Positions 28,937 through 38,911 of a stretch of 64,000 bases of DNA are shown here, in pieces. Both the position numbers and the translations under genes were made by a program. The stretch is from Candidatus Latescibacterota bacterium (GTDB lineage Bacteria; Latescibacterota; UBA2968). The first letter of the stretch is position 1. The number at the start of each line of letters is the position of its first letter. The notes beneath the pieces were generated by a model that saw nothing but the letters and a program-made list of their open reading frames with translations, ran no database searches and had not been told where the DNA came from. The stretch is from positions 2,624,001 through 2,688,000 of the forward strand of contig OZ242320.1 in the NCBI GenBank assembly GCA_965208125.1. The letters run 5' to 3'.

Positions 28937-31079
28937 AAAAGCCGACTGCTGATTGCTGGTAGATTTTTTCCGTGAAGTGTGCCCAGCCTCTCCAGCGGTC
29001 AATACCCGTCAGGCGCAGGTCAATTTCGTCGCCGATCTCTACGGGATAACCCGGATAGATGACGGTTTTGAAGGGGTGGTCGAGGAGTTCTACGAGGACG
29101 CCGCGCATTTTGAGGTGGAGAACAACGGCGCGAAATTCCCGACCAATCTGATTCTCCCACGATTGTAATATCAAATCGCGGGTACGGTGGTGTACCAGGT
29201 CGTCGATGAGGTCCTGTGTTTCCCACATGCGGTAGCGCAGGGTATTGAGGTCGTCAACCTCGTAAAGGGATTGCTCGGTTTTTAGGTAGTGATCGATCTG
29301 GCGTTGCATTACGAGGTCGGTGTATCTGGTTGTGGGTTGGGTGATGGGACAATAATGCGATATGCCATAGCCGTGATGTGTTTCTGGCGTTGTGCTGAGG
29401 CCGATGTTTGGGGTCTGGCGGTGGCGTTCGTGGCGGCGTACAACGGAGTGGGAGATTTGGATGATGGTCTCAATGTTTTCAATGGGGTCGCGCATTTCGT
29501 AAATTGCGGGGAGGCTCTTATTATCACACCACCGCCCAACAGCTATGCCAGCGAGCAGGGATAGTTCAATGGCAATGTGATGCGCGGAATTTGGGGGTGA
29601 TTGTTCTTCGAGGTCGTGCATGGCCGTTTGCCGCGTTTTGTAGAGGCGTGCGGATAATTGCGAGAAGAATTGTATGGCGCGGTGCTGCGGGTGAGCAGGG
29701 TCGTTTAGTGCATGGTCGATGTTTTCAGGTGAAAGGTCCGCTTTGTTTATTGCGGCCGTTTGCGCGATACAAAAATCTTTGAGGCGGCCATCCCGATTTA
29801 CGCGCCAGAAGATACTGAGTGCTGGATGCGCTTTGTCGCTTTGGAATTGGCCCAGGTCGTGTGAAAAGCGCGTTGGTAGCATGGGAATGGGATGATCGGG
29901 AAAGGGAATGTGCGCCATGCGCTCGGCAGCGTCGCGGTCAATGTGCGAATCTTTGGGGATGAGTGCGCCGATATCTGGAATGTGTACGCCAAACTCTGCG
30001 CCTCCCAAGAGCCTGCGACGGTATGAGAGGGCGATGTTTGGGTGATCGGGCGGGTGTATTACAAAGACGGGTTGTTTTTTTCGGTTTCCATAAGCGGGCG
30101 CGAGTGTTTCTGCCTGGCGGATGGCGAGGTCTGAAAATGCAGTTGGAATTTCGGCGCGGAGCAAGTCGAGGTTTTGATCGCGTTTCCAGACCTTTTTTTT
30201 AATGAGTAGTTCGACTGCGGATTTTTGGCGGTTTTTTTGGGTTTTGCAAATTTCAGAGATCAATGCCTGCGCTTGAGTTGCGTATTGGGATTCACTGCCC
30301 CACAATGCGTATTGTCGAATCTGTTCCAGATAGGTTTGCTGGCGTGGGGTCAGCGTGTGTTCTGCGATGGATTCGTCCTGATTCGCCATGGCGTGGATAA
30401 ATTCTTCTCGTTCTTCATCCCGGTCTTTTCTAAGTTTGTGGCGTTGGCGAAGGACATTTACTTGACCGGCCGTATAGGGCGAATACGAGTTGGAAGATTG
30501 AGGCTGAAAATAAGGAGAAGTATGGTGCAGGTGAAGATAGAGGGCAATCCATTGTGTCGCATCGATTTCTGTGTTGTAGAAGAGGTCGGCGATTTCTGAA
30601 AGCGGAAGCGGGGTTGCAGATTCAACGGCGATTTCCCAGACGGCTTCGAGGTCTATTTCCCGGCTCAAGGTGCGGACGGCCGTTGCATAAGTTTTGAGTG
30701 GTACATCGGTTGATGAGGTGCCGGTGAGATAAACGAGGTTGGTGTGGCGAAAGCGGAGGCGCCGACCATCTTCTGATAAAACTGTGATTTCGGAAATTTT
30801 GCGGGGCAAAACAGCCTGGCATGTTCCCAGGAGCAGGCGTTTTCGAAAGCGAAACAGGATAATTTCATCCTGGATAGGTGTGCCGGGTAACCTACCTTTT
30901 GTATGGGGCGCATCTTGGGAACTCGGTATTCCATCTTCATCCAGACGGCCCGTGTAGCGCTCGTTGGGTTGGTTTTTGTGTTCATTTCGGATGATCAGAC
31001 CGTAGATGCGTTTGACAAGGCTGGCGTAGAAGTAGAGATAGCGATTTGAGATTGTGACTTCGCGTTTGGATTTTTGCAT
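28935..31079 (-). CDS. RNB-domain (RNase II/R family) protein with a degenerate active site and C-terminal S1-like region
   Basis: GVHIPDI...IDRDAAER...PIPMLP and HHGYGISHYCPITQPTTRYTDLVMQRQI align to RNB motifs; the TID...DxDD catalytic motif is replaced by VIHPPDHPNIALS. Confidence 0.75.
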   Translation of the reverse strand: MQKSKREVTISNRYLYFYASLVKRIYGLIIRNEHKNQPNERYTGRLDEDGIPSSQDAPHTKGRLPGTPIQDEIILFRFRKRLLLGTCQAVLPRKISEITVLSEDGRRLRFRHTNLVYLTGTSSTDVPLKTYATAVRTLSREIDLEAVWEIAVESATPLPLSEIADLFYNTEIDATQWIALYLHLHHTSPYFQPQSSNSYSPYTAGQVNVLRQRHKLRKDRDEEREEFIHAMANQDESIAEHTLTPRQQTYLEQIRQYALWGSESQYATQAQALISEICKTQKNRQKSAVELLIKKKVWKRDQNLDLLRAEIPTAFSDLAIRQAETLAPAYGNRKKQPVFVIHPPDHPNIALSYRRRLLGGAEFGVHIPDIGALIPKDSHIDRDAAERMAHIPFPDHPIPMLPTRFSHDLGQFQSDKAHPALSIFWRVNRDGRLKDFCIAQTAAINKADLSPENIDHALNDPAHPQHRAIQFFSQLSARLYKTRQTAMHDLEEQSPPNSAHHIAIELSLLAGIAVGRWCDNKSLPAIYEMRDPIENIETIIQISHSVVRRHERHRQTPNIGLSTTPETHHGYGISHYCPITQPTTRYTDLVMQRQIDHYLKTEQSLYEVDDLNTLRYRMWETQDLIDDLVHHRTRDLILQSWENQIGREFRAVVLHLKMRGVLVELLDHPFKTVIYPGYPVEIGDEIDLRLTGIDRWRGWAHFTEKIYQQSAVGF

Positions 31080-31109
31080 GGTTTTGCCTCGTCTCTGTCG
31101 CCCATTAAT

Positions 31110-31139
31110 AAAAAGCCCCGGTGTGTGACCGGGGCTTTT
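31110..31139 (-). terminator. Intrinsic terminator after the DUF1501 gene
   Basis: aaaaagccccggt-gtgtg-accggggctttt; GC-rich stem flanked by A and T runs. Confidence 0.8.
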
Positions 31140-31163
31140 ATAGTTTCAGACGATGCCGGGTGC

Positions 31164-32584
31164 TTAACGGTTTCGGAAGGCATCGACAAATCTCAAGAAA
31201 TCGCCAAACCCAACGTTGCCATCGCCGTCTAAATCGAATTTGGCTTCATTGCTGCCATAGGCCTGGGCAAATTGGAGAAAGTCGTTAAAGTCGAGTTTGC
31301 CGTCGGCATTAAAGTCAACTTTGGCGAGATCGAGCCTTGGTCTGAGAATGGGAATGTGAGACGTATTGGATGAAAAGATGCTTGAGACAACATCTTGTGA
31401 TACGTCAAACCAATCGTTGAGCACCGAGGCATAGACATGGCGGAAGTCGTGATCGTAGTAAAAGTCACCGCGCCTGTCAACCTGTTCAAAGTTGGGCTGT
31501 GGACCTGCAATACCCGCATTGATCGATGGGCCAAAGAAGAACATGGGCGCTGATGTGCCGTGATCGGTGCCTGCGCTGCCGTTTTCTTTTGTTCGACGAC
31601 CAAATTCCGAAATGCTCATGCCGAGCACGCGGTCTTGCAATTGATGTTGCCGCAGGTCCTGAACAAAAGCCGTGACTGCTCCGTTGAGCTGGCTCATCAG
31701 GTTGTTGTGGCGGTTGAGCTGATTGGAGTGTGTGTCGTATCCGCCCTGTGAAACCAGATACACTTTGGATTGTAAGCCGCCAGCGATCAACCGCGCGACC
31801 AGACTGAGCTGGTTGGCGAGCCCATTATTGGAGGGGTATTGAACTCTGTTCGCGCCTTTATTTGCGGCATCTCTGACTTGTGAGGAATATTGAAGGGATT
31901 CAAAGTTGATGCGGCGGATAAAGTCGAGTTCATATCCTGCCGGTGTGGGGATTTTACCGTCTTCGATAATTTTGTTGCCCTGCTCCACGAGATTGACAAA
32001 TTGCGTGGGGTTGCGCAGGGCAATGCCCATAGCACCGTTTTTGCCCAATAGAGCGAGGGAAAGCACGGGACCGATGTCAACTGCCAGCGGCTGTTCTGGC
32101 AGGGTGTCTGGGAAGCCGGGAGTTTGGGATTCAAAATAGCGCCCCAGCCAACCGTGGTTCAAAAATTCTTTGGAATCCGATGCGGTCATCCAGATGTCGG
32201 TCGAGCGGAAGTGCGACCGGTTGGGATTGGGATATCCCACTCCTGCATGACCATCAACTGACCTTCATCGTAGAGTTCTTTGAACCCTGTGAGTTGGGGA
32301 TGCAGACCCTGTGTCGGGGTGAGTCTGAGGGCTTCTTGTTTTGTGATGTGGATTTTGGGACGCGCCTGATAATAGGCGTCGTTTTCAAAATTGACCAGGG
32401 TGTTGAGGCCGTCATTACCGCCATTGAGGCGAATGATAACGAGCACGCGGTCGGTCTCGCTGAGGGCTGTTGCAGCCAGAGGCCCAATAGCTTCGGCGCG
32501 CCCATAAGCCCGCGTCATAAAACCGCCCAGCGCAAACCCGGCACCACCGCGGGTCGCATTTTTGATAAAGTCGCGTCTGTTCAT
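31164..32584 (-). pseudogene. DUF1501-family protein (Tat signal, C-terminal EF-hand/dockerin-like tail) split by a 1-nt frameshift; could be a sequencing error
   Basis: MNRRDFIK...LNGGNDGLN (ORF 32186-32584) continues as VGYPNPNRSHFRS...GGYDTH...SEFGRR...GTDHG (ORF 31164-32240); adding one G near 32242 restores QGVGYPNPN. Confidence 0.85.
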
Positions 32585-32623
32585 AACGAGCTCCTTCTGG
32601 AGGCTAACAGGCAGGCCTCAAGT

Positions 32624-34096
32624 CTAATTCAGTTGATAGTCGGGCAATTCAAAGATGAGTTTGAGAATATTCTTGATGCGCCGGGGTGCTGCAACAGCAT
32701 CGGGATTCCAGTCATAGACATCGGCACCTTCGAGTAGCGTTTCCAAAAACATTTCGAGGCGATATTCGTCAACTGGAAAGGCCATCAGACATTCTCCCAT
32801 GGCGCGAACGAGTTTTTCCGCGTCGTAGGGGTCGGGAAATGCCTTGACGAATCCCACGGCATCTGTGTTGAGGATGGTGTAACGGTTGGGATTGCGCGGT
32901 CTGGCATCGACAATCTCGTCGGTCATTTTGTGGCGTTCGGGCAATGTTGATGTGCTGATCCACAGCCGATATCCCGGCCACCCGGCTACATTGGGCGGAT
33001 CAAGTAGTCTCTGGCCGAGCACCTGGGCGATGTAAACGAGGTATTGGGAACTTATGCTCCTGCCTGTGCCGGCTTTGAAACCGAGACTGCGCGCTGTGCC
33101 AGCGACGAGTTCGACGGGGCTTTTGATTTTAGCACCGATGGTGGCTGGATCGAAGAAGTGCTGGCTTAAGAGCAATGTCTTCAAAACCGGTTTGATTTCG
33201 TAATCGTTGTCGCGCATGATTTGCGCGAGTTCCGAGACGATGTTTTTGTCTGGATGCTCATAGACAAATTCGCGATAGAGTTTGCCGCATATAAATTCAG
33301 CTGTGACTTCTTGCTGGAAGATGATGTCGATAATGTCCCGATAATCAAAGTTACCAGTTTGTCCCAGGAAGGTCTTCTGGCCTTTGTCGAACCGGTTTTC
33401 TCTAAAAGTGGGTTGCCTGCCCACGACAATCCAACCTGTGAGCGCGCGTGACGCTTCTCCGATGTCTTGTTCTGTGTAGCCGCCACCTTCGCCCATTGTG
33501 AACAATTCCATGAGTTCTCGAGCGTAGTTCTCATTGGGTCTTCCCACTCTGTTGGAGTTGCTGTCGAGGTAGTAGATCATGGCCGGATCTATTGTGACTT
33601 CCTTGACAAGTGTTTTGAAATTGCCGACAGCACGCTTGCGAAACAGGAAATTCTGGAGATACATCCACTGCGGGCGTCTGACATCTTTGGCCTGGGTGGC
33701 AAAGTGATCGTGCCAGAAGAGCACCATGCGCTCTTGAATTGAGAACCCCTGGTTGACGATGAGTTCCATCCACCAGGCGCGGGTCTCGTCAACGCGCGCG
33801 CGCTCAATTTTGCGCTGGTCTGAATCGGGTTTTTGAAATGGATCCTGATAAACCCACTGAGCGGGTGGATTTGGTGGCAAAAAAGGCATTTCCAGAAGGC
33901 GATCTACAACGGCTTCTGGCGTGCTTTGCGCGGCTTCTGCTATTTCTCTTGGCGTTGGGCCAATGAGGGTGCGCCGCAAGAGGTGTGCCGCCCGGTGCTC
34001 ATTCCACGGCTGTTCTGCCGAGGGGATATACGGTTCGAGTCCCGTGGATGCATACGCAAGTTTGGGCGCAACAGGAAAATGTTCGCGATTGGACAC
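32624..34096 (-). CDS. DUF1800-family protein
   Basis: AAHLLRR, ERMVLFWHDHFAT, PAMIYYLD, PNENYARELMELFTMG, DPPNVAGWP; usual partner of DUF1501. Confidence 0.9.
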   Translation of the reverse strand: MSNREHFPVAPKLAYASTGLEPYIPSAEQPWNEHRAAHLLRRTLIGPTPREIAEAAQSTPEAVVDRLLEMPFLPPNPPAQWVYQDPFQKPDSDQRKIERARVDETRAWWMELIVNQGFSIQERMVLFWHDHFATQAKDVRRPQWMYLQNFLFRKRAVGNFKTLVKEVTIDPAMIYYLDSNSNRVGRPNENYARELMELFTMGEGGGYTEQDIGEASRALTGWIVVGRQPTFRENRFDKGQKTFLGQTGNFDYRDIIDIIFQQEVTAEFICGKLYREFVYEHPDKNIVSELAQIMRDNDYEIKPVLKTLLLSQHFFDPATIGAKIKSPVELVAGTARSLGFKAGTGRSISSQYLVYIAQVLGQRLLDPPNVAGWPGYRLWISTSTLPERHKMTDEIVDARPRNPNRYTILNTDAVGFVKAFPDPYDAEKLVRAMGECLMAFPVDEYRLEMFLETLLEGADVYDWNPDAVAAPRRIKNILKLIFELPDYQLN

Positions 34097-34212
34097 GGAT
34101 ACTCCTCCTCTTGATGTAAATTTTCGGGATGCTGGTGGTTAAACGCCTGTATTATTTCAATATGATAAATTTGCGCTATTAGTGCAAGTTAAAATTTGTA
34201 AATACTAAAGCT

Positions 34213-34530
34213 TCAGGGAGAATATTTTGTGAGAGAGTCGAGTAGAGCTTGTTGCGCCGCTAAATTTCTTTCCGATGCCACGACAATGGTTTCCTGAATT
34301 TTGATACGGGCGTGTTCTATTTGTTCTGATTGTTCTTTTGGAATGCCCAGGGCGATATTGCGGCGAATTTCGATTTGCAGGCTGTCGCGCAGGGTTTTCA
34401 GGCGAATGCGTTCTTCACTCAGCGTCTTTTCAGCTTGTGAGACCTTCATTTTCTGACTTTCGAGTACGGGATTGGTTCCCGAACATGCGAAAATCAGAAT
34501 AAAAAAAAGAAATAAAGGAAAACGAGGCAT
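34213..34530 (-). CDS. Small coiled-coil lipoprotein, unknown function
   Basis: MPRFPLFLFFILIFA-C lipobox; helical heptads; starts 1 nt after the RSH stop. Confidence 0.65.
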   Translation of the reverse strand: MPRFPLFLFFILIFACSGTNPVLESQKMKVSQAEKTLSEERIRLKTLRDSLQIEIRRNIALGIPKEQSEQIEHARIKIQETIVVASERNLAAQQALLDSLTKYSP

Positions 34531-34531
34531 A

Positions 34532-35953
34532 TTATTTTTGACTATTGAGGTAGTGCTGGATGTGGCGGCGAGCGCGGTAGGTTTTTACGCGGCTGACCCA
34601 GCTCTTTTTTGGATGTTGATTTGGATCGGTGTCAATTTCAACGGTGTCGCCCCAGGCGAGTTTGGAGAACGGATAAGCCCGCGCGCCGTTGATACGACCT
34701 CCTTTGCATTGCAAGCCGAGGTCGGTATGCACGGCAAAGGCAAAATCGGCAAGGGTCGCATCTTCGGGCAAAATAAAGGGATCGCCTCTGGGGGTGAGTG
34801 CGACAATTTCTCGGGTAAAGAGAATGCGTTTGAGTTCAGATATCAGGTGATGGGAGGCATCGGCGCGGTCGTACCAATCGACAAAATCGTGCAACCAGCG
34901 CGTGCGCCGCTCTTCGTGCTCTGCATCTCCGCGCAACGCGGCAATGCCAAATTCGCCCAGGCGATGCATTGCGGGGGTTTGAATGTGAAGTTCGTAGCGT
35001 TGATCCCTGTGGTGGACACAGGTATGGAGAGCCTGATAACCATTGCGTTTGGGCAGGGCTATAAAGTCTTTGAAACGCTCCATTACGGGCAGGAAGTGCT
35101 CGTGCAAAATGCCCAAAGCCAAATAACATAATCGGCGACGCGAGACAATGACTTCGACTGCGTAGCGATCCTGTATTTGATTGAGGGGACGATGTTGCAT
35201 TTTGCGGTAAATGCTGCCCAAACTTTTCTGTTGTACGCGCACACTTGTCCGCACGCCGTTGGCATTGAGCAAGTTGCGAATTGTGTCCTGGAATTTCGCG
35301 AGGTGCTCGGTCTGTTCTGTTCTAAGTGTGGTCTGTATCTGATTCGCGATTCGCGGTTCGAGGCAGGTAAGGCTGCGGTCTTCGAGTTCGCGGCGGATAC
35401 GGGCCATGCCCAACAAGTGCGATAGGGGTGCGTATATATCAATGGTTTCTCGCGCAATGCGTTGCCGTCTGTCGATTTCTGAAATGCCGTCGAGGCTGCG
35501 CATGTTATACATGCGGTCAGCTAATTTGAGAATGAGTACGCGCGGGTCTCTTCTGGCATGGGTGAACAGGTGTTGCAAGGTGGCAATGCGCCGCGCAGTG
35601 CGACCGGCTTTTGATCCTTCTACTTTTGTAACGCCGCTGACGAGGGTGGCAATGTTTTTGCCAAAGGTGGGTTCAATGTCGTTAAGGGTCAGGGCAGAGT
35701 CTTCAACGGCGTCGTGCAATAGTGCCGCTGCCATCATTTCCGCGTCGCGCGCAAATCCCAATTCAGAAGCCAGGATGAGTGCCACGCCAATGGGGTGGGT
35801 AATATACGGTTGCCCGGCGTCACGGTCCTGGCCTTCGTGGCTGGCATTGGCGAAGTGATAGGCATGCCCGACGAGCGGATGATTGCGCTGGGGAATTTGT
35901 ACCAGCAATTTCCGCAGAGGCTCGCGTATGGAAGTTAGATGTTTGGTATTCAC
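34532..35953 (-). CDS. RelA/SpoT homologue (HD hydrolase, degenerate synthetase, TGS; no ZFD/ACT)
   Basis: HEGQDRDAGQPYITHP, LLHDAVED, KLADRMYNMR, KDFIALPKRNGYQALHT, DFAFAVHTDLG (TGS); 473 aa. Confidence 0.88.
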   Translation of the reverse strand: MNTKHLTSIREPLRKLLVQIPQRNHPLVGHAYHFANASHEGQDRDAGQPYITHPIGVALILASELGFARDAEMMAAALLHDAVEDSALTLNDIEPTFGKNIATLVSGVTKVEGSKAGRTARRIATLQHLFTHARRDPRVLILKLADRMYNMRSLDGISEIDRRQRIARETIDIYAPLSHLLGMARIRRELEDRSLTCLEPRIANQIQTTLRTEQTEHLAKFQDTIRNLLNANGVRTSVRVQQKSLGSIYRKMQHRPLNQIQDRYAVEVIVSRRRLCYLALGILHEHFLPVMERFKDFIALPKRNGYQALHTCVHHRDQRYELHIQTPAMHRLGEFGIAALRGDAEHEERRTRWLHDFVDWYDRADASHHLISELKRILFTREIVALTPRGDPFILPEDATLADFAFAVHTDLGLQCKGGRINGARAYPFSKLAWGDTVEIDTDPNQHPKKSWVSRVKTYRARRHIQHYLNSQK

Positions 35954-38799
35954 GCCGCGCTCACTTTGTCGAACCAGCTTTTGATGGTTTGTAGTAAATG
36001 GTCTGGTGCTCGAAACGCCCGATGTTGAACCGGGAGTGCTTCGAGAAAGGCCCGCCCGTAAAAGGTGGATAAAACCCGACTGTCGAAGACAATGACAATA
36101 CCTCTGTCGGATTTGTTGCGAATCAGGCGGCCAAAACCCTGGCGAAATTTGAGAATAGCTTCGGGGACAGAATAGTGTAAAAATGGATTTTTACCCTGTT
36201 TTTCGAGTTCTTCCATGTGTGCTGCAACAAGGGGGTCAGATGGCACGGCAAAAGGCAGGCGAATGATGCCCAGTATTTCGAGAGCTTCGCCGGGGATATC
36301 TACTCCCTCCCAGAAACTGTCCGTACCCAGGAGCATTGCGCGGCGGTGGGTTTTAAAGCGTTCGGTAATACTGCCGCGCGCACCGTCTATCCCCTGTCCC
36401 AGAAGCAAGATGCCATCGGATGACAGATCGTTTTTGAGTGCGTCATAAGACTGGTTGAGCATGCTATAGGAGGTAAATAATGCCAGCGTGCCCCGTCCGA
36501 CTTTACATGCCAGATGGCGCAGCAAATCGTCAACAGCTTGTTGAAAATGAGGGGATTTAGGTGATGGCATAAATTGTGGCACGCAGACAAGGGCTTGTAA
36601 GTCGTAGTTAAAGGGCGAACCCAGACAACTCGTTTGCACGCGCTCTTCGGGCATGGTGTCGAGCCCCATGCGCTGAAGAAAGTAGATGAGTTTGCCGCGA
36701 ATGCCCAAAGTGGCTGATGTGAAGACGATGGTGCGCATTTTGTCGTAGAGTGCGTCGCGCAATACTTCGGCGACGTGCAGGGGCGCGGAAAATAGGCGCG
36801 TGTCACTGCTGTTTTCTCGGGTTGGCAATTCAAACCAGTAAACATATTGTTCGTCTTCGGGATGGGTCAAGTGATTGAGGGTCGTGAGCAGATCGTTGCA
36901 TTCCTGTGTGCGCCCGTCGAGTTCGTTGACGAGTTCGTCCTGGTTGGGAAACGTGTCGTCGGGCAAGTCTTTGAGCCAATCACACAGATTTTTTAAGCTA
37001 TTATTGAGTTCTTTGACCGCTTCGGCAAAGTCCTCAAGGCTTTCACTGACTGCCTCAAACGTATTTTCACCCGGGCGATAGCGCACTTTGGGCGTGTAGT
37101 AAAATTTGCGATTGCCCTGTTTGCCGTACAAAAATTTCGTGAGGTCTTGAAAAAAGGTCTGCGCTTTGAGATAGATGTCTTCGGCGGCGTTCACAGCCCG
37201 CCCAATGCCTTTGTCAAAGGTGGCGAAGATATTGTCTTTGAGGTCGGCTACACCGATCCAGTGGCGCAATGCGGGCAGGGTACCGGTGCTTTGAAAGCCC
37301 GGACTGCGCAGTTGATCGGAAAAATTTTTGATGTGCCATATATTGAGTTCGCGGCCCAGATATTGTGCGGCAATTTTTTCAATGTTGTGGGCTTCGTCCA
37401 GGATGAGGTCTTCGTATTCGCCCAGCACGGCATTTTCCGAGACGATATCGGAAAAGAGCAGGGAGTGATTGACGACCACGATATGTGCTTTTTGGGCAGA
37501 GCGGCGCACGGTGTTGGCAAAACACTGTCCGTTGGTGCGGCACTTTTGCGAGCGGCAATACCCCGAGTCGGAACACACTTTTGCCCACAGGCCAGCATAG
37601 CGACGCATGTCAAAGCCATTGTTTTCCGAAATGTCGCCTGTTTGCGTTTGTTCTGCCCATATAACGAGAGATAAAGCTCCTTCGCGCTCGTCTTCGGTAA
37701 AGAAGGTTTCGGTATTGGCGAGTGCTGCATGCCACCGATTGAGGCATATATAGTTGCTGCGGCCTTTGAGCAGGACATAGCTGAAGGGTACATTCAGGAT
37801 GCGTTCGAGGTGGGGCAGGTCTTTGAAGAACAATTGTTCCTGAAGATTTTTGGTATTGGTGGAAACGATGATGCGGCGACCATTTTGTGCGGCGTGGTGA
37901 ATGGCCGGGGTGAGATAGGCCATGGATTTGCCCACGCCTGTGCCTGCTTCAGCGACGAGGAGATGGTTGTTGTTGAAGGCATCGGCAATGGCGCGTACCA
38001 TTTCGATCTGTTCGGTACGCACTTCATATCCTTCGGTTTGTTGGTCAAATGTGCCGCCGGATTCAAACAGGGTGCAGAGCAGGTCGATGTCGAGAGGCGC
38101 GTGGTCCTCTGTGTCCGTTCGTGGTTCTTCGCCGCCCACATTGGATAGGGGGAGGCCATCTGCACCACCACCGCGAATGCGGTTCATAAATTCGCTTTTG
38201 GCCGCTTCGTTGCCCAGATCGACAAAGATGTTGAGCAAGGGGCTATTTGTGCCTTGCAAAAGCTGGAGTATTTGTTGTTTGGTGCGGAATGAGGTTTCGC
38301 GCAAGACCTCGACGATACCCGGGTATATGCCTGCGAGTTGCTCGGCATCGCAAAGTGCTTTGTGCGCTGATTGGGATTCGACTTCAAAATAGTCCGCAAG
38401 CGTATTCGCCCGATGATCGGATAAACTGGGCAAGGCAATCCGGGCGAGGTCGCGCACGCTGTGTATGTTGTTGCCAAAAGGCAGGCCAGAGGCTTCAGAT
38501 AAAAAGCGAGTTTCAAATCGACCCTGATGTACGATGAGGGGCTGGTCGCTGGCAAAGGTCATAAAGTTTTCGATTGCCGCATTGATGCGGGGTGCGTTTC
38601 TCACGTCTTTGAATGCTATGCCAGTCAGGCGCGTTGTTTCTTCGGGCACCCCCATTTTGGGCCGCACATAAGTCTGAAAGCGCTCGACGATTTCGCCATC
38701 TTTTACTTTGACAGCACCGATTTCGATTATTTCGGCTTCTTTTGGGTTCAGACCCGTGGTTTCGAGGTCGAGGGTTATGTAGGTGTGGAGAATGGACAT
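35950..38799 (-). CDS. dinG: DinG-family helicase with N-terminal DnaQ-type 3'-5' exonuclease
   Basis: LDLETTG...HKALCDA exonuclease; EAGTGVGKS, LKGRSNYIC, Cys cluster, DEAHN, FWEGVDIPG, FRQGFGRLIR. Confidence 0.92.
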   Translation of the reverse strand: MSILHTYITLDLETTGLNPKEAEIIEIGAVKVKDGEIVERFQTYVRPKMGVPEETTRLTGIAFKDVRNAPRINAAIENFMTFASDQPLIVHQGRFETRFLSEASGLPFGNNIHSVRDLARIALPSLSDHRANTLADYFEVESQSAHKALCDAEQLAGIYPGIVEVLRETSFRTKQQILQLLQGTNSPLLNIFVDLGNEAAKSEFMNRIRGGGADGLPLSNVGGEEPRTDTEDHAPLDIDLLCTLFESGGTFDQQTEGYEVRTEQIEMVRAIADAFNNNHLLVAEAGTGVGKSMAYLTPAIHHAAQNGRRIIVSTNTKNLQEQLFFKDLPHLERILNVPFSYVLLKGRSNYICLNRWHAALANTETFFTEDEREGALSLVIWAEQTQTGDISENNGFDMRRYAGLWAKVCSDSGYCRSQKCRTNGQCFANTVRRSAQKAHIVVVNHSLLFSDIVSENAVLGEYEDLILDEAHNIEKIAAQYLGRELNIWHIKNFSDQLRSPGFQSTGTLPALRHWIGVADLKDNIFATFDKGIGRAVNAAEDIYLKAQTFFQDLTKFLYGKQGNRKFYYTPKVRYRPGENTFEAVSESLEDFAEAVKELNNSLKNLCDWLKDLPDDTFPNQDELVNELDGRTQECNDLLTTLNHLTHPEDEQYVYWFELPTRENSSDTRLFSAPLHVAEVLRDALYDKMRTIVFTSATLGIRGKLIYFLQRMGLDTMPEERVQTSCLGSPFNYDLQALVCVPQFMPSPKSPHFQQAVDDLLRHLACKVGRGTLALFTSYSMLNQSYDALKNDLSSDGILLLGQGIDGARGSITERFKTHRRAMLLGTDSFWEGVDIPGEALEILGIIRLPFAVPSDPLVAAHMEELEKQGKNPFLHYSVPEAILKFRQGFGRLIRNKSDRGIVIVFDSRVLSTFYGRAFLEALPVQHRAFRAPDHLLQTIKSWFDKVSAA

Positions 38800-38911
38800 G
38801 GAGAAAATTGAAAAACCTTATAGGTTGACTCTTTGATTTCTGTTCGGTATCATAAATGCCGACCAGTTTTGATTTTCCGATCGGCTCTTGCATGGCAGCA
38901 ATTTGATATGG

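Noticed and set aside
32186-32260. Programmed ribosomal frameshift in DUF1501
   Set aside because: No X XXY YYZ slippery site or stimulatory structure seen; a one-base loss in a G run is simpler
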